The position numbers were made by a program, and so were the translations under genes. This document shows, one piece after another, positions 61,708 through 64,000 of a stretch of 64,000 nt of DNA. Positions within the stretch are counted from its first letter, which is position 1. Each line of letters starts with the position of its first letter. This stretch comes from Methylococcales bacterium (GTDB taxonomy: Bacteria; Pseudomonadota; Gammaproteobacteria; Methylococcales; Methylomonadaceae), in assembly GCA_026398935.1 (NCBI GenBank), contig JAPLRW010000271.1:1132-65131 (forward strand), written 5' to 3'. The notes below the pieces were generated by a model. The model did no database searches and was not told the origin of the DNA. It worked only from the letters and a program-made list of their open reading frames with translations.

Positions 61708-62604
61708 ATGCAAATGATTGTGAATGGCATCGTGGCCGGGCAGTTGTTAGTCAATGAAAGTTTGGCTAACTATACTAGCTGGAGAGTAGGCGGCGCTGCC
61801 GAGCAACTTTTCATCCCAGAAGATAAGTCAGGACTGTGTGCTTTTATAACGCATCTGGCTGGCAGTAGCGACTTATTCTGGATGGGATTGGGCAGCAACC
61901 TGCTGGTGCGTGACGGTGGAATAGCGGGTGTGGTTATTAACACCCGTGGCCGTCTAAAACAAATGCATCTGCTTGACACATTATCACTTTATGTTGAAGT
62001 GGGCGTCCCTTGCGCACATGTCGCAAGGTTTTGCGCCGAACAGGGCTTGGTTGGCGCTGAGTTTTTAGCGGGTATTCCCGGTACGATGGGTGGGGCGCTA
62101 AAAATGAATGCTGGCGCTTTTAATGGCTCAACGTGGGATCTAATTAGCAGCGTGGAAACGATTAATAATAGGGGTGTGCTTAGGCAGCGTGCGGCCAAGG
62201 AATTCACCGTTCATTACCGTAGCATAGACGGATTGGGCGATGAATGGTTTCTAGCGGCTACTTTAACCCTACAAAAAGGCGATACAAAAGCAAGCCAAGA
62301 AAAAATTAGGCAATTACTGGCAAAACGAGCACAAACTCAGCCGACCAATCAGCCTAGCTGTGGCTCGGTATTTAAAAACCCTGACGGTGACTATGCCGCG
62401 CGTTTGATTGAGGCTGCAGGCTTAAAAGGATATAGTATTGGCGGTGCGCGCGTATCAGATAAACATGCAAATTTTATTGTCAATACTGGCGCTGCTACGG
62501 CCGCAGATATTGAAGCATTAATCGAAACAATTCAACAGCAGGTTGAGGTGAAATATGGCGTTAAATTACAAACAGAAGTTTGTCGTGTGGGTCGTTTGAA
62601 ATGA
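61708..62604 (+). CDS. murB: UDP-N-acetylenolpyruvoylglucosamine reductase
   Basis: 298 aa. FAD-binding domain (SWRVGGAAEQLF, LGSNLLVRDGG) and C-terminal SCGSVFKNP. Confidence 0.95.
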   Translation: MQMIVNGIVAGQLLVNESLANYTSWRVGGAAEQLFIPEDKSGLCAFITHLAGSSDLFWMGLGSNLLVRDGGIAGVVINTRGRLKQMHLLDTLSLYVEVGVPCAHVARFCAEQGLVGAEFLAGIPGTMGGALKMNAGAFNGSTWDLISSVETINNRGVLRQRAAKEFTVHYRSIDGLGDEWFLAATLTLQKGDTKASQEKIRQLLAKRAQTQPTNQPSCGSVFKNPDGDYAARLIEAAGLKGYSIGGARVSDKHANFIVNTGAATAADIEALIETIQQQVEVKYGVKLQTEVCRVGRLK

Positions 62605-63533
62605 GACCATTATCAATTACCAGCCCGACTGATTTTGGGTGTGTAGGCGTGCTGATGGGCGGTGCTGCTGCAGAGCGAGAGGTTTCGCTAAGAAGCGGCG
62701 CGGCGGTTTATGCTGCACTGCAACGTCAAGGCATTCAGGCTCTGGCGATTGATGTTGCGGACAATGCCATCGCAGCGCTACAAGGTCAAAAAATTGATCG
62801 CGTTTTTAATATTATTCATGGTCGTGGTGGTGAGGACGGTGTTTTGCAAGGTGTTTTGCAAACATTAGCCATACCATATACCGGCAGCGGTGTCGCTGCC
62901 TCGGCGTTAAGCATGGACAAGTTAAGAACCAAACTGTGCTGGCAAGGTGCGCAGTTAAATACGCCCGCTTGGTTTCTGTTAAACACCCCTGCAGATATAC
63001 AAGCCTGTATTACGGCATTAGGATTTCCCGTCATCGTAAAACCTGCACAGGAAGGTTCCAGTATTGGTATGAGCAAGGCCAATAATGCAGCTGAATTGTT
63101 AGCCGCATTACAAACAGCGGCTCAATACCAATGTGATGTTTATGCAGAAGCGTGGGTGACTGGCGCTGAATATACGGTAGCCATTTTAAATGGTGAAGCG
63201 CTGCCCGTCATTCGATTAGAGACGCCCCGCAGCTTTTATGATTTTGAAGCTAAATACAAGGCGAATACCACACAGTATCATTGTCCTTGCGGTTTACAGG
63301 CAGACGAGGAGCGGGCGTTACAAGATTTGGCGTTACAGGCATGTGATGTGCTTGGCATTAAAGGCTGGGCGCGAGTGGATGTGTTTATTGATCAACACGG
63401 GTTAGCGCAGTTAATTGAAGTGAATACCGTGCCGGGAATGACCGATCACAGTTTAGTTCCGATGGCGGCAAAGCAGCAAGGAATTGAATTTGATGAATTA
63501 GTCTGGCGGATACTGGAAACAAGTTTTGCTTAA
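62601..63533 (+). CDS. ddl: D-alanine--D-alanine ligase
   Basis: VGVLMGGAAAEREVSLRSG, ATP-grasp motifs (PVIVKPAQEGSSIG) and EVNTVPGMT. ATG 62601 overlaps the murB stop (ATGA). Confidence 0.95.
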   Translation: MRPLSITSPTDFGCVGVLMGGAAAEREVSLRSGAAVYAALQRQGIQALAIDVADNAIAALQGQKIDRVFNIIHGRGGEDGVLQGVLQTLAIPYTGSGVAASALSMDKLRTKLCWQGAQLNTPAWFLLNTPADIQACITALGFPVIVKPAQEGSSIGMSKANNAAELLAALQTAAQYQCDVYAEAWVTGAEYTVAILNGEALPVIRLETPRSFYDFEAKYKANTTQYHCPCGLQADEERALQDLALQACDVLGIKGWARVDVFIDQHGLAQLIEVNTVPGMTDHSLVPMAAKQQGIEFDELVWRILETSFA

Positions 63534-63539
63534 TACTGT

Positions 63540-64000
63540 ATGAGTAAAGTCATTTTCCTTAGTGCGCTTATCATTGTTGGTGTGGCGTCAACTTTTTGGG
63601 CAGAGATCAAAAGTGGCATTACCACGCTAGTACCTATCCGATATGTTAGAATCGAGGGTGTTTTTCAGTATATTAGTAAAGAGACGCTTAAGAAAACATT
63701 ATTGCCTTATGTATTAACGGATTTTTTTTCGGTTGATGTACAAGAAATTGATAAAGCAGCTTTACAACTGCCATGGATAAAGAGCGTTAGTGTTAAACGG
63801 GTGTGGCCTGACGCGATTGACATTAAGGTTTCTGAGCAATTTCCCATCGTGCGCTGGGGTGAGAATAGCTTATTAAACCTAAACGGAGAGTTATTTACGC
63901 CGGATAATGTGGAGCAATTTAATAATCTTCCTTTAATTCAGGGGCCTAAAGGATATGAGGCTCGCTTATTGGAAATAATGAAGGGTTTGGAAATTGATTT
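63540..64000 (+). CDS. ftsQ: cell division protein FtsQ (5' part; runs off the window end)
   Basis: My translation from ATG 63540 is MSKVIFLSALIIVGVASTFW.. (TM helix), then a POTRA-like region (IRYVRIEGVFQYISKETL..PWIKSVSVKRVWPDAIDIKVSEQ). It is absent from the ORF track because no stop falls within the window. Confidence 0.85.
   Translation, partial: MSKVIFLSALIIVGVASTFWAEIKSGITTLVPIRYVRIEGVFQYISKETLKKTLLPYVLTDFFSVDVQEIDKAALQLPWIKSVSVKRVWPDAIDIKVSEQFPIVRWGENSLLNLNGELFTPDNVEQFNNLPLIQGPKGYEARLLEIMKGLEID

Noticed and set aside
61523-61717. A 64-aa ORF in the murC-murB spacer that overlaps the murB start.
   Set aside because: It has no RBS and an AT-rich, odd composition, and its end overlaps murB out of frame. 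I treat it as non-coding, with the spacer itself reported as a finding.

Overview
This window looks like the chromosome of a moderate-GC gammaproteobacterium; I cannot determine the species by eye. Most of it is conserved housekeeping synteny, in this order. (i) 0.5-9.0 kb: a surface-glycan cluster with a Wzy_C/O-antigen-ligase-like gene, a WcaJ-type initiating transferase, a Wzx-like flippase, three GT2 glycosyltransferases and a pilin-accessory-like membrane protein. (ii) ribF-ileS-lspA. (iii) A ~2.1-kb strongly AT-rich two-gene island (ABC/SMC-like AAA ATPase plus an uncharacterised 214-aa partner) wedged between the convergent 3' ends of lspA and pdxJ. This is my best candidate for an undescribed defence-type system. 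(iv) lepA-lepB-DUF4845-rnc-era-recO-pdxJ on the minus strand. (v) rpoE-rseA/mucA-rseB/mucB-mucD, with divergent nadB. (vi) rimO, a csp gene, yjgA, rdgC, an Lpp-like lipoprotein plus L,D-transpeptidase, pgm, hupE, pmbA, tldD, a nitrilase-family gene, yhdP, rng, maf, rlmH, an orphan fliW and panD. (vii) The dcw cluster mraZ-rsmH-ftsL-ftsI-murE-murF-mraY-murD-ftsW-murG-murC-[656-bp AT-rich non-coding gap]-murB-ddl-ftsQ(partial). I saw no rRNA, tRNA, CRISPR array, transposase or integrase. Four conserved genes are interrupted by small indels: the Wzy_C-like gene, era, yhdP and mraZ. The era break is an exact 8-bp tandem duplication in an essential GTPase gene. All calls come from reading the translated ORFs and the DNA by eye; no database search was run.
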